Shown one piece after another: positions 27,841-37,516 of a stretch of 64,000 bases of DNA. Every line of letters begins with the position of its first letter. Positions within the stretch are counted from its first letter, which is position 1. Both the position numbers and the translations under genes were made by a program. The stretch is from an uncultured bacterium. GTDB taxonomy: Bacteria; Oederibacteriota; PGYV01; CAWJRG01. The DNA is taken from contig CAWJRG010000010.1 of NCBI GenBank assembly GCA_963845185.1, positions 844,140-908,139 on the forward strand, read 5' to 3'. A model generated the notes under the pieces. That model was not told where the DNA came from. It saw only the letters and a list, made by a program, of their open reading frames with translations, and ran no database searches.

Positions 27841-29571
27841 TTAATAAGGGCCGGGCGTAGGCACGAGAAAAGTCATTTCGCCGAAAGAAACAAGCATTAC
27901 ATTGTTGCCCACGCTTGAAAACATATTCATGTCGCTGTTAAAATACACCCACAGCGCGGGAGTGTCGAGGGTGGTATCCTCGGTGAGTTCGCCGTATTGG
28001 TCAATAAAGATTGTGCCGTATATGCAGATATCCGAAGTTGCAGGAGCCCCATTATTGGCTTGTATTCTCGGCCCGCCTATTCTCAGCTCGCCGTTTACAT
28101 ACAAGAAGCCTTCGTGTTTTAGATTGCAAATCGTATAGTATGTGCGGCTGTTCTGTCCCCATCTCCATCCCCATGTATTATTGCAGTTCAAATGCGAGCC
28201 GTAATTACCGTTGGTGCAATTCTGCGGGTAGTAATAATTGCTCGGTATTGACACCCTTGTACAGGAACTTGGGCAGCCGTTGCAGTTGTTCCACCACCCG
28301 TTGCAGTTGCCGCTGCCGTTAAGCCAGTCAGGGTCGTCGCCTATAAAAATAAGAGGGCCCATGACAAAAAGTGAGCCTTTTGTGTAATACTGGTTGCCGT
28401 CATCGGCATATAAGGATATTGCCTGGGGCGACGCGCAGGGAGTTGCCTGGGTTTTTGGCACAACAGTCGTGTAGCAGTATGTATTTGCGCCGTTTGCCAT
28501 CTCAGGCAGGGCGTCGGTTGTATCTATAAATACAACCGCTTCCGTGTCTGCGCTGGCCATGGGTGCGACAATCTGGCTGTATACGTTGCTATTGGCCGCA
28601 TTTTGGGCAGGCGAAAATATCGACAGGTCATTGCCCTGGTTATAGTAAGGATTTGGGGTGCCTGATACTCCGCCGCCGATGTATTGGGGTCCGAAATAAT
28701 TATTCTGCTTGCTTGCCAGGGACTTATAATAATCAAGGTCAACCTGGCACTGGCCCGCCTGGTATGCCACAGGTGAATAGGGATGGCAATGAGCAGTGGG
28801 TGTCATGTCGTCAGCCACATAGCCAAAGGTATAGGGACCAGGGCTGGGCTGTTCAGGATTAAGTGCGGTATATATGTTGCCGGCCGCATACACATGCGGC
28901 ATCCATGCAGGCGGGTTGTCGGTACCGCGGGCAACCTGTATGAAAGGGATTTTACAAGCGCCGTCATTGGTATTGGCAGAATAAACATCGCCCCAGTAAA
29001 AATCAAGCGAATCGTGTGCAGTGGAGTAATTGCTAATGCAGGGCAGGTTTATCAGGCCCTTTGATATCAGGGGCCCGCCGAATCCCTGTTTTAACACGGC
29101 GTAATACTGGTGCGTGACTCCGGACTGCTTTGATTTTATCTTGATTCCTATTGTCCTGTAATTTATCTGGCCCTGCCTCTGGTCGGTTGTGACAGTGGTA
29201 CGGTGCCATCCCCATCCTGTAGTGACAGTCTGCGAATTGATAAAAAGATTGCCTGCCAGTATATTCAGCTTGTATGTGCCTTTGTTGGTGGTATATTCCT
29301 GGTCATATTGAAACCCGGTAAGCGGAAGGCTGTTCCAGTTTGTGCCCTGCTGCAGTTCAACCATGGCATGCTGCAAAGCTATGTTTGCTATTTCCTGGCG
29401 GTCCATGGAGTCCATATATTTCACCTGGAATTTAGCCTGGTTTGAGAAAAGAAAGAGCAGGGTTACGGCGAATAAAGAAAGAATCGAGCATAAAATAAGG
29501 ACTACGGGAAGAGTCTGGCCCTTACGGTTTTCCAGGCAGTACCGGCTTTTTATTTTTGTGCGGGCGGTCAT
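27841..29571 (-). CDS. PilX-like minor pilin with a large Cys/Asn-rich C-terminal domain
   Basis: RKG-QTLPVVLIL prepilin-like N-terminus lacking Glu5, followed by A.NIA..A..EL. Confidence 0.7.
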   Translation of the reverse strand: MTARTKIKSRYCLENRKGQTLPVVLILCSILSLFAVTLLFLFSNQAKFQVKYMDSMDRQEIANIALQHAMVELQQGTNWNSLPLTGFQYDQEYTTNKGTYKLNILAGNLFINSQTVTTGWGWHRTTVTTDQRQGQINYRTIGIKIKSKQSGVTHQYYAVLKQGFGGPLISKGLINLPCISNYSTAHDSLDFYWGDVYSANTNDGACKIPFIQVARGTDNPPAWMPHVYAAGNIYTALNPEQPSPGPYTFGYVADDMTPTAHCHPYSPVAYQAGQCQVDLDYYKSLASKQNNYFGPQYIGGGVSGTPNPYYNQGNDLSIFSPAQNAANSNVYSQIVAPMASADTEAVVFIDTTDALPEMANGANTYCYTTVVPKTQATPCASPQAISLYADDGNQYYTKGSLFVMGPLIFIGDDPDWLNGSGNCNGWWNNCNGCPSSCTRVSIPSNYYYPQNCTNGNYGSHLNCNNTWGWRWGQNSRTYYTICNLKHEGFLYVNGELRIGGPRIQANNGAPATSDICIYGTIFIDQYGELTEDTTLDTPALWVYFNSDMNMFSSVGNNVMLVSFGEMTFLVPTPGPY

Positions 29572-29589
29572 TATAAATCACCTCTTTGG

Positions 29590-30219
29590 TTAATAAATTT
29601 TCTGGTAAAAACCAGCGCCGGACATATGCGTAATGACAACGGTTTTTTGCATAAATACCTGGATCGGCGGCTGGTTGGCAAACGGGGTTTCCGAGAACCT
29701 TGAGCCCACTATGACAGTATTTCCAATCTGTGAGTTGTCAAAAGTAAACATTAGGGAATCAATGTGAGTGGAAATGGTGATAGTATTCCCGGCGGAATCA
29801 ATAACAATAAGCTTATTCAACTGCTGGTAAATCTGCATTGGATTGCCTGCAGAACCTGCCATTGTATAAGAATTCTGCCGGAATCCGCCGCGGCCGCAGC
29901 CGTTGTTTCCGCCGCTGCCTGCCTCTATATATAACGGCTCTGCAAGCGTAGCGGTAATATAGCTGTTTACAGGCTGGGTATTGTCAAACCTGGAGATTTG
30001 TATGGTCGAGCCTTCGCAGCCCTGTATCACCTTTGTCAGGGTACCCATTGTATAATTTGCTTCTGAGATAAGCGAGAGCTTGGCCAGGCTGTAATTCCAT
30101 ATTTTAATCCCGTTCTGGAACATTTGTAAAATGCCTATTGTGACAATGCCCATTATTGCAATTGCCAGCATGGCCTCAATCAAAGTCCAGCCTTTTTTGC
30201 TTTTTAGTATTGTTTTCAT
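29590..30219 (-). CDS. Type IV minor pilin (PilW-like)
   Basis: KKG-WTLIEAMLAIAIMGIV class III signal peptide. Confidence 0.85.
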   Translation of the reverse strand: MKTILKSKKGWTLIEAMLAIAIMGIVTIGILQMFQNGIKIWNYSLAKLSLISEANYTMGTLTKVIQGCEGSTIQISRFDNTQPVNSYITATLAEPLYIEAGSGGNNGCGRGGFRQNSYTMAGSAGNPMQIYQQLNKLIVIDSAGNTITISTHIDSLMFTFDNSQIGNTVIVGSRFSETPFANQPPIQVFMQKTVVITHMSGAGFYQKIY

Positions 30220-30232
30220 AATACCGCCTTTG

Positions 30233-32410
30233 TTAATAAGTCTGCCATGGCCCGGTGAAGTTCTGGGTAGAGTTGGGCGAGACATTTGAAATTTTCTGGT
30301 AGTACCTGTTGACGGCAGGCGTAGGCGCGTTTTTCACCGCAAACAGCGCCGGCGAGGGCGTCACAAAACTGTAATATGCGTACAAATCATAATTAGTGCC
30401 GGCAGGTACATTAAAATAATAATAACTGTTGCTCTGTAAAACCGTGCCGTAACTCTTGTATTGCAGCCTTACCATGCTGTCCTGCGACTGAAGCCAGGAA
30501 GCTGAACCCATGGACCAATAAAACTGGTCGGGTGTAACGGTCATGCCGGTAGGGACGGCCAGAAGCATTACGCCGCCTGCTACAGGCGTGCTGTTGAAAG
30601 TTACTTTGCCCTGTATGGGCTGGCTTGTAATCTTGAGAGTGAAACCTATATTTGAGGTTATAACGCCCTGCTGTACCATGACAGCACCATAATAACCAAC
30701 AGCAGGGTTGATACAGCTATAATTCGTGCTTGCAAGCACCGGCGCTACCTTGTATCCGGTACTGACGGCCGGGATGCTGACAGCAATATAAGTGCCCGTA
30801 GAATCGGTTTGCGTTGTAGCAACTACGCTGCCTGAACCGCCGTTTGATGTAACCTGCACGTTTATATTTGGTATGGGCTGGCCCGTATTGTAGTCAAGAA
30901 TTATGCCGCTTATTTTACCCACGGGCATTAAATAAATGGGGTTGGGGTCATTATATATAAACGAGCCAAGGGTAAACGCCGGCGGCAACGGCGAATATAA
31001 AATGTAATTAGGCGCGCCGCCGGTTACATTATAAGTGCCGACCGGCATAAAAGCGGAACATAAGCCGGAGTTTGCCGTGGAAGTGACATTCGAGCCCCCA
31101 TTAGTAGCTGAATTCGACGGCGTAAAATAAACAAGCACAGGGTCTGTTATTAGCGTGGTATCGTCCACTGCGCTCTTGACATAAATATTTACCGTACCTG
31201 AAGTACCGGCAGGAACATAGGTCAGAACAGGGTTCCACGTTAGCTGCTGATTTGGGAGTATAGACATGATTGTCTGCGCGTAATAATTGTAACTGGCGCT
31301 GCTGTATATGGCAGTTATTGTTATATATTTTCCAGTCGCGGGCGGATTAATATCGGCTAAAGCATAAAAACCGTTTGTCGTTACAGGGGTAAGCATGCAG
31401 TTGACCGCGTTTCCTGAAATGGACGGGTCTGATAATCCGTCGTTTGCCGTTACGGACACGCCGTTGTAATTTGGTATTGGTGTGGGAGTTTTGCCGGAAA
31501 CCGGGGTTTTTTGAACATTGGGCGTCAGGTAAATAGACACAGAGCCGCTTAGGCATGTGGTGTTTGCGCTGACCGACATATTTACTCCCGTATAATCCTG
31601 GCATACGACATCTACGTCAAAAGGGTTGCCGGGAAACGTGGTGGTGTACAGGCCGGGGCCGCCCACAAATAAATAGTACGAATTGCCCGGAGGGATATTC
31701 CAGATTTTATAGTTGCCGTTAGCGTCCGTATTGGCCTGCAGTCCGGAATATCCCTGAAGATACACTGTGGCATAGCGGGTGCCGCGCCAACCCCACCAGT
31801 TTCCTATGGCCCTGCACCAGCTGCCCCACCAGTTTGTTCTGTAAAGGCATACCTGTCCCGATATTGTCGAGGTGCAGGAACCCAACACTGACTGGTTGGC
31901 AATATATGTTGTTACCTGGCTGTTTTTTGTCATGTTGCCGTTTCGATAGGTTACTATTACAGAAGCCATTTTTATGGTAGGTGTATAAGTCAGCCCGTTT
32001 GAATACATAGGGCTTAAATTGCCGTTTGTGTCCATCTGCGCGTAAGTTACGAACTGATAAACATAAAAAGGAACGCCGCTTGTAGCGATGATAGTGACAG
32101 GATACGGGTTGGTAGGGGTCGGGTAAGAGGCAAGAGTCGTTAAATTAGGGTTGGTCAGGTTCGTCAGGCATGAATCATCGGTAACATTTAAAGAACTAAA
32201 ACCATCCTTTTTTAAATTTTCAAGATAACCTGCTGCCATATTATATGAATTTGATTTTAAATTGGAAGCTAAAATTCCGGAGTATACATTGCTAAGAAGC
32301 TTTACAAGGCTTACCATTGTAACAGCCACAATAACTGCGGTAAATGCCACCTCGATAAAGGTAAGGCCTGTTTTTCTTTCTAAAATACCATTAATTTTCA
32401 TAATTTTCAC
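30233..32410 (-). CDS. PilV-like pilin fused to carboxypeptidase-regulatory-like beta-sandwich repeats
   Basis: KTG-LTFIEV prepilin motif; repeated ISG.(V/I)...TD..G.Y modules. Confidence 0.8.
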   Translation of the reverse strand: MKIMKINGILERKTGLTFIEVAFTAVIVAVTMVSLVKLLSNVYSGILASNLKSNSYNMAAGYLENLKKDGFSSLNVTDDSCLTNLTNPNLTTLASYPTPTNPYPVTIIATSGVPFYVYQFVTYAQMDTNGNLSPMYSNGLTYTPTIKMASVIVTYRNGNMTKNSQVTTYIANQSVLGSCTSTISGQVCLYRTNWWGSWCRAIGNWWGWRGTRYATVYLQGYSGLQANTDANGNYKIWNIPPGNSYYLFVGGPGLYTTTFPGNPFDVDVVCQDYTGVNMSVSANTTCLSGSVSIYLTPNVQKTPVSGKTPTPIPNYNGVSVTANDGLSDPSISGNAVNCMLTPVTTNGFYALADINPPATGKYITITAIYSSASYNYYAQTIMSILPNQQLTWNPVLTYVPAGTSGTVNIYVKSAVDDTTLITDPVLVYFTPSNSATNGGSNVTSTANSGLCSAFMPVGTYNVTGGAPNYILYSPLPPAFTLGSFIYNDPNPIYLMPVGKISGIILDYNTGQPIPNINVQVTSNGGSGSVVATTQTDSTGTYIAVSIPAVSTGYKVAPVLASTNYSCINPAVGYYGAVMVQQGVITSNIGFTLKITSQPIQGKVTFNSTPVAGGVMLLAVPTGMTVTPDQFYWSMGSASWLQSQDSMVRLQYKSYGTVLQSNSYYYFNVPAGTNYDLYAYYSFVTPSPALFAVKNAPTPAVNRYYQKISNVSPNSTQNFTGPWQTY

Positions 32411-32465
32411 CTTTCCTTTAATCTGCTTTCTATATGCGCATTACAGAGCGTCATTTTCCATATTA

Positions 32466-32494
32466 ATTATATATGTTATTTTAGGTTTTGTCAA
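32466..32494 (-). promoter_or_regulatory. Sigma70 promoter of the pilin cluster
   Basis: Perfect TTGACA-17-TATAAT on the minus strand. Confidence 0.75.
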
Positions 32495-32547
32495 GTATTT
32501 TGTAGGATTTTAGGGTTATTTGTTACCCATAACAGAATAAGGACTTT

Positions 32548-33330
32548 TTACTTTATGCGCATCTGGCCAGGCTTGTGTGTTTCCTTGATAAAACGAAAGA
32601 AAAAAAAGACGCTTGCTGCGAAACATATTATACACCATACCTGAGCATTTGAAAGAACGGAAACTGTTTCATGATACCTGAAAAGCTCGATAAAGAACCT
32701 GGCCGCCGAATATATAATCAGCATGATTAATATCAATTCCCCGTGAAAAAGTTTTTTGTTTTTCAGGAAATTTAAGGTTAAGAAAATCCCAAGCCACGCT
32801 GCTGCTTCATATAACTGCACAGGGTATAGGGCCTTTCCCGGGAAGACACTGCCTGCAGGCGAATTATCCGCGAAAAAAGCAGCGGGAATATCAGCAGGGC
32901 ACGGCCTGCCGAAGCAACAGCCGTTTAAAAGGCATGCCAGCCTGACAAATACCGCGCCTATTGATATTGGCAGAGCAAGGAGGTCGGCGGATTCCCATAT
33001 GTCAAGTTTTAGCATTTTAACCGCTGGAAGTGAAGCGGCTATTGAGAAGGCCATGCCCCACCATAAAGAAAATCCACTGTTAAGGTAAAAATCAGAAACG
33101 TGGACAGGCAAGCGCATTATTATGGAATCAAGTACAAAACCTATTTTTGACCCGAGTATAAAAGGGATGAAAATAAATGCCGCAAGTGTTATGGTGTTAC
33201 GGCGCTTCACAGCGCTAGAATGTTTCAGATTCAGGAAAAGCGTCAGAAAACCGGCTATAATGCCCAAAGCGTTGAAAACATAATAGCTCTTTATTTCGAA
33301 CCCGCCTATGTAAGCAAGAACAGGGTACAT
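32548..33330 (-). CDS. lgt: Prolipoprotein diacylglyceryl transferase family protein
   Basis: MYPVL, RLACLLNGCCFG, PVQLYE and RFFIELFR motifs. Confidence 0.82.
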   Translation of the reverse strand: MYPVLAYIGGFEIKSYYVFNALGIIAGFLTLFLNLKHSSAVKRRNTITLAAFIFIPFILGSKIGFVLDSIIMRLPVHVSDFYLNSGFSLWWGMAFSIAASLPAVKMLKLDIWESADLLALPISIGAVFVRLACLLNGCCFGRPCPADIPAAFFADNSPAGSVFPGKALYPVQLYEAAAWLGIFLTLNFLKNKKLFHGELILIMLIIYSAARFFIELFRYHETVSVLSNAQVWCIICFAASVFFFFRFIKETHKPGQMRIK

Positions 33331-33466
33331 GACGCCTCCGGGAAAAATTTATTCAGCAACAAAAGCAGCAACATTATACACAATAATTTTTTAAAAAACA
33401 GTAATAATTATTTACGCAAAAAAATGGTATAATATATAACAGCAAACATTGAGCAAGAAAAATTTT

Positions 33467-33629
33467 AATCCCACTCCGCGAAAATCCCCGCCGGTAGAGG
33501 CGGGGATGGATAGCGCTCCGGGGAGGGAGCATATTATAGATGGCAATTCGAATGAAAGCAAACTCGGCGAGGTAAAACCGAGCCGAGATTTTTTTAAAGG
33601 TGCCACGCCTGTGAAGGCGGGGACTCCAC
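33467..33629 (+). repeat. Family-2 palindromic element, copy B (long form, intergenic)
   Basis: Same core as 8752 plus extra hairpins CTCGGC..GCCGAG and CGCC-TGTGAA-GGCG; ends in CTCCAC. Confidence 0.9.
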
Positions 33630-33647
33630 AAAGGGGAAGCCCAAAAC

Positions 33648-35237
33648 ATGCACAACAAAGGGTTTATTATCCTGCAAATAGACGGCCTGTCTTTTATTGA
33701 CCTGCAAAAAGCTTTTAAATACCGCTACATGCCTTTTTTAAGCCGCATTTACAGGAATAAAAAAATTGCCATAAAAGAAATGAAAACCGGGCTGCCAAGC
33801 AACACGCCTTATACGCAGGCAAACATGTTTTACGATAAGCCGGAAAGTATACCGGGCTTCAGGTGGTTTATCAAAAGCCAGAAAAAAAACATGACCTTTA
33901 AATTGCCTGATACCGCAGTATATGTCGACAAGCAGTACGATTTTTCAAAAGCAATATTAAAAGGCGGGACATGCTATGTGTCTTTATTGTCAGGCGGGGC
34001 AGACGAGGGCTTATTTACTCTGTCAAGGGCGTTTGAAAAGGAGAGGGGCGACAGGCTTTTCGGGCTGAGAGTCCTGGGCCTTACTCTTATTAACATCGTG
34101 ACAATACTGAATATGCTGTGGCTTTCATTGAAAGAATTTTACAGGGAAATCAGGGATTTTTTACTTTATACTTTCAAAAAACAGATCCAAAGGGGCGAGG
34201 GGTTTTTTCCGCTCGTCAGGATAGTCAACAACGTCATATTCAGGGAAATATCCGTTTGGGCAATAATAAGGGATATAAAAAGGAGCATGCCATATATTTA
34301 CATGGATTTTACAATTTATGATGAAAACGCACACCAGCGCGGGCCTGACAGGAAAAACGTGCTTCATGTCCTGCGCGATATAGACACGAATATCAGGCAA
34401 ATATACAGGGCAGCTCGCAGGAACAGGGAGATAAAATACGATATTTTTGTCTTGTCAGACCACGGCCAGACATTTTCAATACCGTATTCATATGTAAACG
34501 ACGGCACTTTCGAGGATTTTGTGAAGAATACAATCAAGGAGCAGGCAGTGGCAGGCGACAAATACGCGGAAGACTGGAACAGCAATGTGCTTAAATTTGC
34601 GCGTGATATACAGCAGAAAATATTCCCCACAAAGACAGTGAACTACATGGCGGGCAAGCTGGGCTCGAGCATAGAAAAATCCGCTACAAAACGTATCAGG
34701 GCCGAAAGCCAGGCAATGCCTGAAAAAAAGCAGGAAGTTATTGTGAAATATTCCGGGCCAATGGCGCATATATATTTTCCTGAGCTTTTGGGCAAAGCAG
34801 ATACTGAACACATAGAAATAGACCAACCCGGCCTGATACAGGCGATAATGCGGCACAAGGATATTGAAATAATTGCATGCAGAAATAAAAATGAAAAGAT
34901 TATACTGGGCAAAAACGGCATCCTGGTAAAGGAAAGCGAAAAAGACTTGTATACGGTAAAAGGCACAAACCCGCTTAACTGCTACGAAGACACCCATTTC
35001 GCGTATGAAGAAATAATGTCCCTGCTTGACCGGCAGGACAGCGGCGATTTGATCGTGTTTTCAAGGTACAGCAATAATTTCACGATCAATTTTGAGGAAC
35101 AGCTATCGGCGCACGGAGGTATGGGCGGAAACCAGAACAACGCGTTTTTTGCATGCCCTGCCGACAGGGCAGGAGATATTAAAATAGAAACAATAAGGGA
35201 TTTATACGGCATATTTATCAAATACCATGAAAAGTAA
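33648..35237 (+). CDS. Alkaline phosphatase / nucleotide pyrophosphatase family protein
   Basis: LQIDGLS, PSNTP, YDENAH.RGP, LSDHGQ and HGGMGG motifs. Confidence 0.85.
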   Translation: MHNKGFIILQIDGLSFIDLQKAFKYRYMPFLSRIYRNKKIAIKEMKTGLPSNTPYTQANMFYDKPESIPGFRWFIKSQKKNMTFKLPDTAVYVDKQYDFSKAILKGGTCYVSLLSGGADEGLFTLSRAFEKERGDRLFGLRVLGLTLINIVTILNMLWLSLKEFYREIRDFLLYTFKKQIQRGEGFFPLVRIVNNVIFREISVWAIIRDIKRSMPYIYMDFTIYDENAHQRGPDRKNVLHVLRDIDTNIRQIYRAARRNREIKYDIFVLSDHGQTFSIPYSYVNDGTFEDFVKNTIKEQAVAGDKYAEDWNSNVLKFARDIQQKIFPTKTVNYMAGKLGSSIEKSATKRIRAESQAMPEKKQEVIVKYSGPMAHIYFPELLGKADTEHIEIDQPGLIQAIMRHKDIEIIACRNKNEKIILGKNGILVKESEKDLYTVKGTNPLNCYEDTHFAYEEIMSLLDRQDSGDLIVFSRYSNNFTINFEEQLSAHGGMGGNQNNAFFACPADRAGDIKIETIRDLYGIFIKYHEK

Positions 35238-35243
35238 TAAAAA

Positions 35244-36260
35244 ATGAAAGAAAAAACATGCCTTGCGCTTTATTCAGGAGGATTGGACAGCATGCTGTCT
35301 GTCAAAGCTATGCAGGAACAGGAAATAAAAACAATCCCCTTAAACTTTAATACCGGATTTTTTTTCCGTGCTTATACAAAAGAAGGCGGCAAATTAAAAT
35401 ACAAACAAAGGACGCCGCCGGGCATTGACGTGGAGGTTGTGGATATATCAAAAGAATTTTATGAGATGATAAGAAAACCTTCCTACGGGTTCGGCAGGAA
35501 CATGAACCCGTGCATTGACTGCAAGATACTGATGCTTCAAAAGGCAAAGGAACTCATGCCTTTTTATGACGCAGGTTTTGTAATAACAGGCGAGGTTCTA
35601 GGCCAGAGGCCCATGACGCAAAACAAAAATTCAATGAAAATAATAGAAAAGAAAAGCGGCCTGGAGGGTTTTCTTTTAAGGCCGCTTTGCGCGAAGAATA
35701 TGGAGGAGACAGAGCCTGAAAAGCTCGGCTGGGTGGACAGGAGCAAACTGCTTGACATAAGGGGCCGTTCGAGAAAGATGCAAATGCAGCTGGCTTCTTT
35801 ATATTATATAGAGGAATACGCGCAGCAGCCTGCAGGGGGCTGCATATTGACGGAAAAGAGCTATTCAAGGCGCCTGGCTGATTTTATCAGCCATAATGCG
35901 GCAGGGGAGTTCACGCAGGAGGATATGCTTTTACTTGCCACTGGCAGGCATTTCAGGAAAGGCAATGTAAAATTTATTATAGGCAGGAACAGGCAGGATA
36001 ACGAAATACTTCTTTCCTATGCAAAGCAGCTAGACGCGAAAATTTTTGACTGCGCGGGAGCGCCTGGGCCAATAGGGATAACTTTTGACGGAATAGATGA
36101 TGAGATAAAAAAATTTATTGCTGCGGCAGTGGCGGCATATTCAGATACTGACAAGACAAGGGAAGTACAAGTGGACATAATTGCCAAAGACAATAAAGAA
36201 ACAATAAAAATCATGCCGATTGACAGGAATATTTTAACAGACTTGCGCATTGACAAATAA
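35244..36260 (+). CDS. ThiI-like PP-loop tRNA thiolation enzyme
   Basis: SGGLDS, NPCIDCK, TGEVLGQRPMTQ, LRPL and PAGGC motifs. Confidence 0.85.
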   Translation: MKEKTCLALYSGGLDSMLSVKAMQEQEIKTIPLNFNTGFFFRAYTKEGGKLKYKQRTPPGIDVEVVDISKEFYEMIRKPSYGFGRNMNPCIDCKILMLQKAKELMPFYDAGFVITGEVLGQRPMTQNKNSMKIIEKKSGLEGFLLRPLCAKNMEETEPEKLGWVDRSKLLDIRGRSRKMQMQLASLYYIEEYAQQPAGGCILTEKSYSRRLADFISHNAAGEFTQEDMLLLATGRHFRKGNVKFIIGRNRQDNEILLSYAKQLDAKIFDCAGAPGPIGITFDGIDDEIKKFIAAAVAAYSDTDKTREVQVDIIAKDNKETIKIMPIDRNILTDLRIDK

Positions 36261-36262
36261 GA

Positions 36263-36290
36263 GTAGAGACGTTTTGCAAAATGTCTCTAC
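36263..36290. repeat. GTAG-type REP-like palindrome
   Basis: GTAGAGACGTTTTGCAAAATGTCTCTAC. Confidence 0.8.
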
Positions 36291-36310
36291 AATAAATAAT
36301 AGAGGTAAAA

Positions 36311-36688
36311 ATGAAATTGATAATTGACGGTTATAACCTGATTTACAGGCTGGTATTAAAAGCAGAAAGCCTTGAAAAAAAGCGCGATAAACTGCTTGAA
36401 CTGCTGAATGAGTTTCTCGAGATAAATGGCGGGACTATTACCGTAGTATTTGACGCTGGCAAAAACCCGTCGCAGCACAGGGGCAGGGAAACACGCGGTA
36501 AAGTAAAAGTTGTATATTCAGCAAACGACGAAATTGCGGACGACGTAATAATAGAGCTGATAAAAGGCAGAAAAGGCAGGGCGCGCGAATACGCAATAGT
36601 GTCGTCGGACAACAAGCTGCTTGATTGCGCAAGGGAAAATTTTATGAATGCGATGACAAGCGACGATTTCGCGGAATATTTAAGTTGA
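36311..36688 (+). CDS. NYN-domain (YacP/Rae1-like) ribonuclease
   Basis: IIDGYNL, VVFDA, ADD.I and VSSD motifs. Confidence 0.88.
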   Translation: MKLIIDGYNLIYRLVLKAESLEKKRDKLLELLNEFLEINGGTITVVFDAGKNPSQHRGRETRGKVKVVYSANDEIADDVIIELIKGRKGRAREYAIVSSDNKLLDCARENFMNAMTSDDFAEYLS

Positions 36689-36689
36689 T

Positions 36690-36853
36690 CCCACTTGGGG
36701 GTAGTTTTTATATTAAATAACTTGTGGTAACAACCCGTTAAATAGTCTACCAGACTATTTAACCTCTTGGCCGTAGGCCTTAGACTTGAACGGGTACAAG
36801 ATATTGTAATGTTTTGTCTGCGCCTTCGGCTTGACAAAACAAACGTTATCTTG
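36690..36853 (+). repeat. Family-1 element, copy 3 (long form)
   Basis: Shares the GGGTAGTTT.. and AAATAGTC/GACTATTT insert with copy 1, then AGACTTGAACGGGTAC and GTAATGTTTTGTCTGCGCCTTCGGCTTGACAAAACAAAC. Confidence 0.88.
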
Positions 36854-36936
36854 CAATAAAAGCCATTCTGGTACGTCTATAATAATGAGATATCCAATAA
36901 AGCAGAAAAACATCAAAAAATTAATACAAAATTAAC

Positions 36937-36966
36937 TTGACAAACAACTATCTCATTTGATATACT
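36937..36966 (+). promoter_or_regulatory. Sigma70-type promoter of the marR-efflux operon
   Basis: TTGACA-18-TATACT. Confidence 0.55.
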
Positions 36967-37018
36967 TCGGGAACCTAAATATTAGTTTTATGAAATATTT
37001 TTACTACTCAGGAGATTT

Positions 37019-37504
37019 ATGGAAAAAAACGCACAGAAGATATTGAGCTGTATGAACGATATGCATAAAGAGATAGGAAAAATAATCAAGACCATAAAGC
37101 CCAAAAAATGCATTGATATAGGAATGAAAGACCTTACAATATCACAGCTTGAGACCATGGCCTACTTATACCAGCATAAAGCAGTAAAAATGAGCGAACT
37201 CGCTAACAACGCTGGCGTACAAATGTCAACAATGACAGATATGATAGACAGGCTTCATAAGATAGGGCTTGTCGAAAGAAAACACGACGAAAAAGACAGG
37301 AGAAGCATTGTAATTTCAATTTCAAAAGACGCTCAAAGCAAGGTATACGGACATATACAAAGCCGCAACGAGCAACTAAGCAAAATAATGGACTGCCTTA
37401 CAAAAAAAGAAAAGCAGGTAGTGGTAAAGATACTTACAAAAATGCTGGATTCATTGCATAAAAAAGCCGCGGGCCCAAATAAAACAGGGCTTCAGCGGGG
37501 ATAA
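37019..37504 (+). CDS. MarR-family transcriptional regulator
   Basis: LT.SQ, MSELA...T.MIDRL..GLVER...DRR winged helix. Confidence 0.92.
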   Translation: MEKNAQKILSCMNDMHKEIGKIIKTIKPKKCIDIGMKDLTISQLETMAYLYQHKAVKMSELANNAGVQMSTMTDMIDRLHKIGLVERKHDEKDRRSIVISISKDAQSKVYGHIQSRNEQLSKIMDCLTKKEKQVVVKILTKMLDSLHKKAAGPNKTGLQRG

Positions 37505-37516
37505 GAGAGGAAGAAA

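Noticed and set aside
33449..33700. 83-aa ORF MSKKNFNPTPRK...
   Set aside because: It is almost entirely family-2 repeat, starts with TTG without an SD, and overlaps the next gene; not called a gene.
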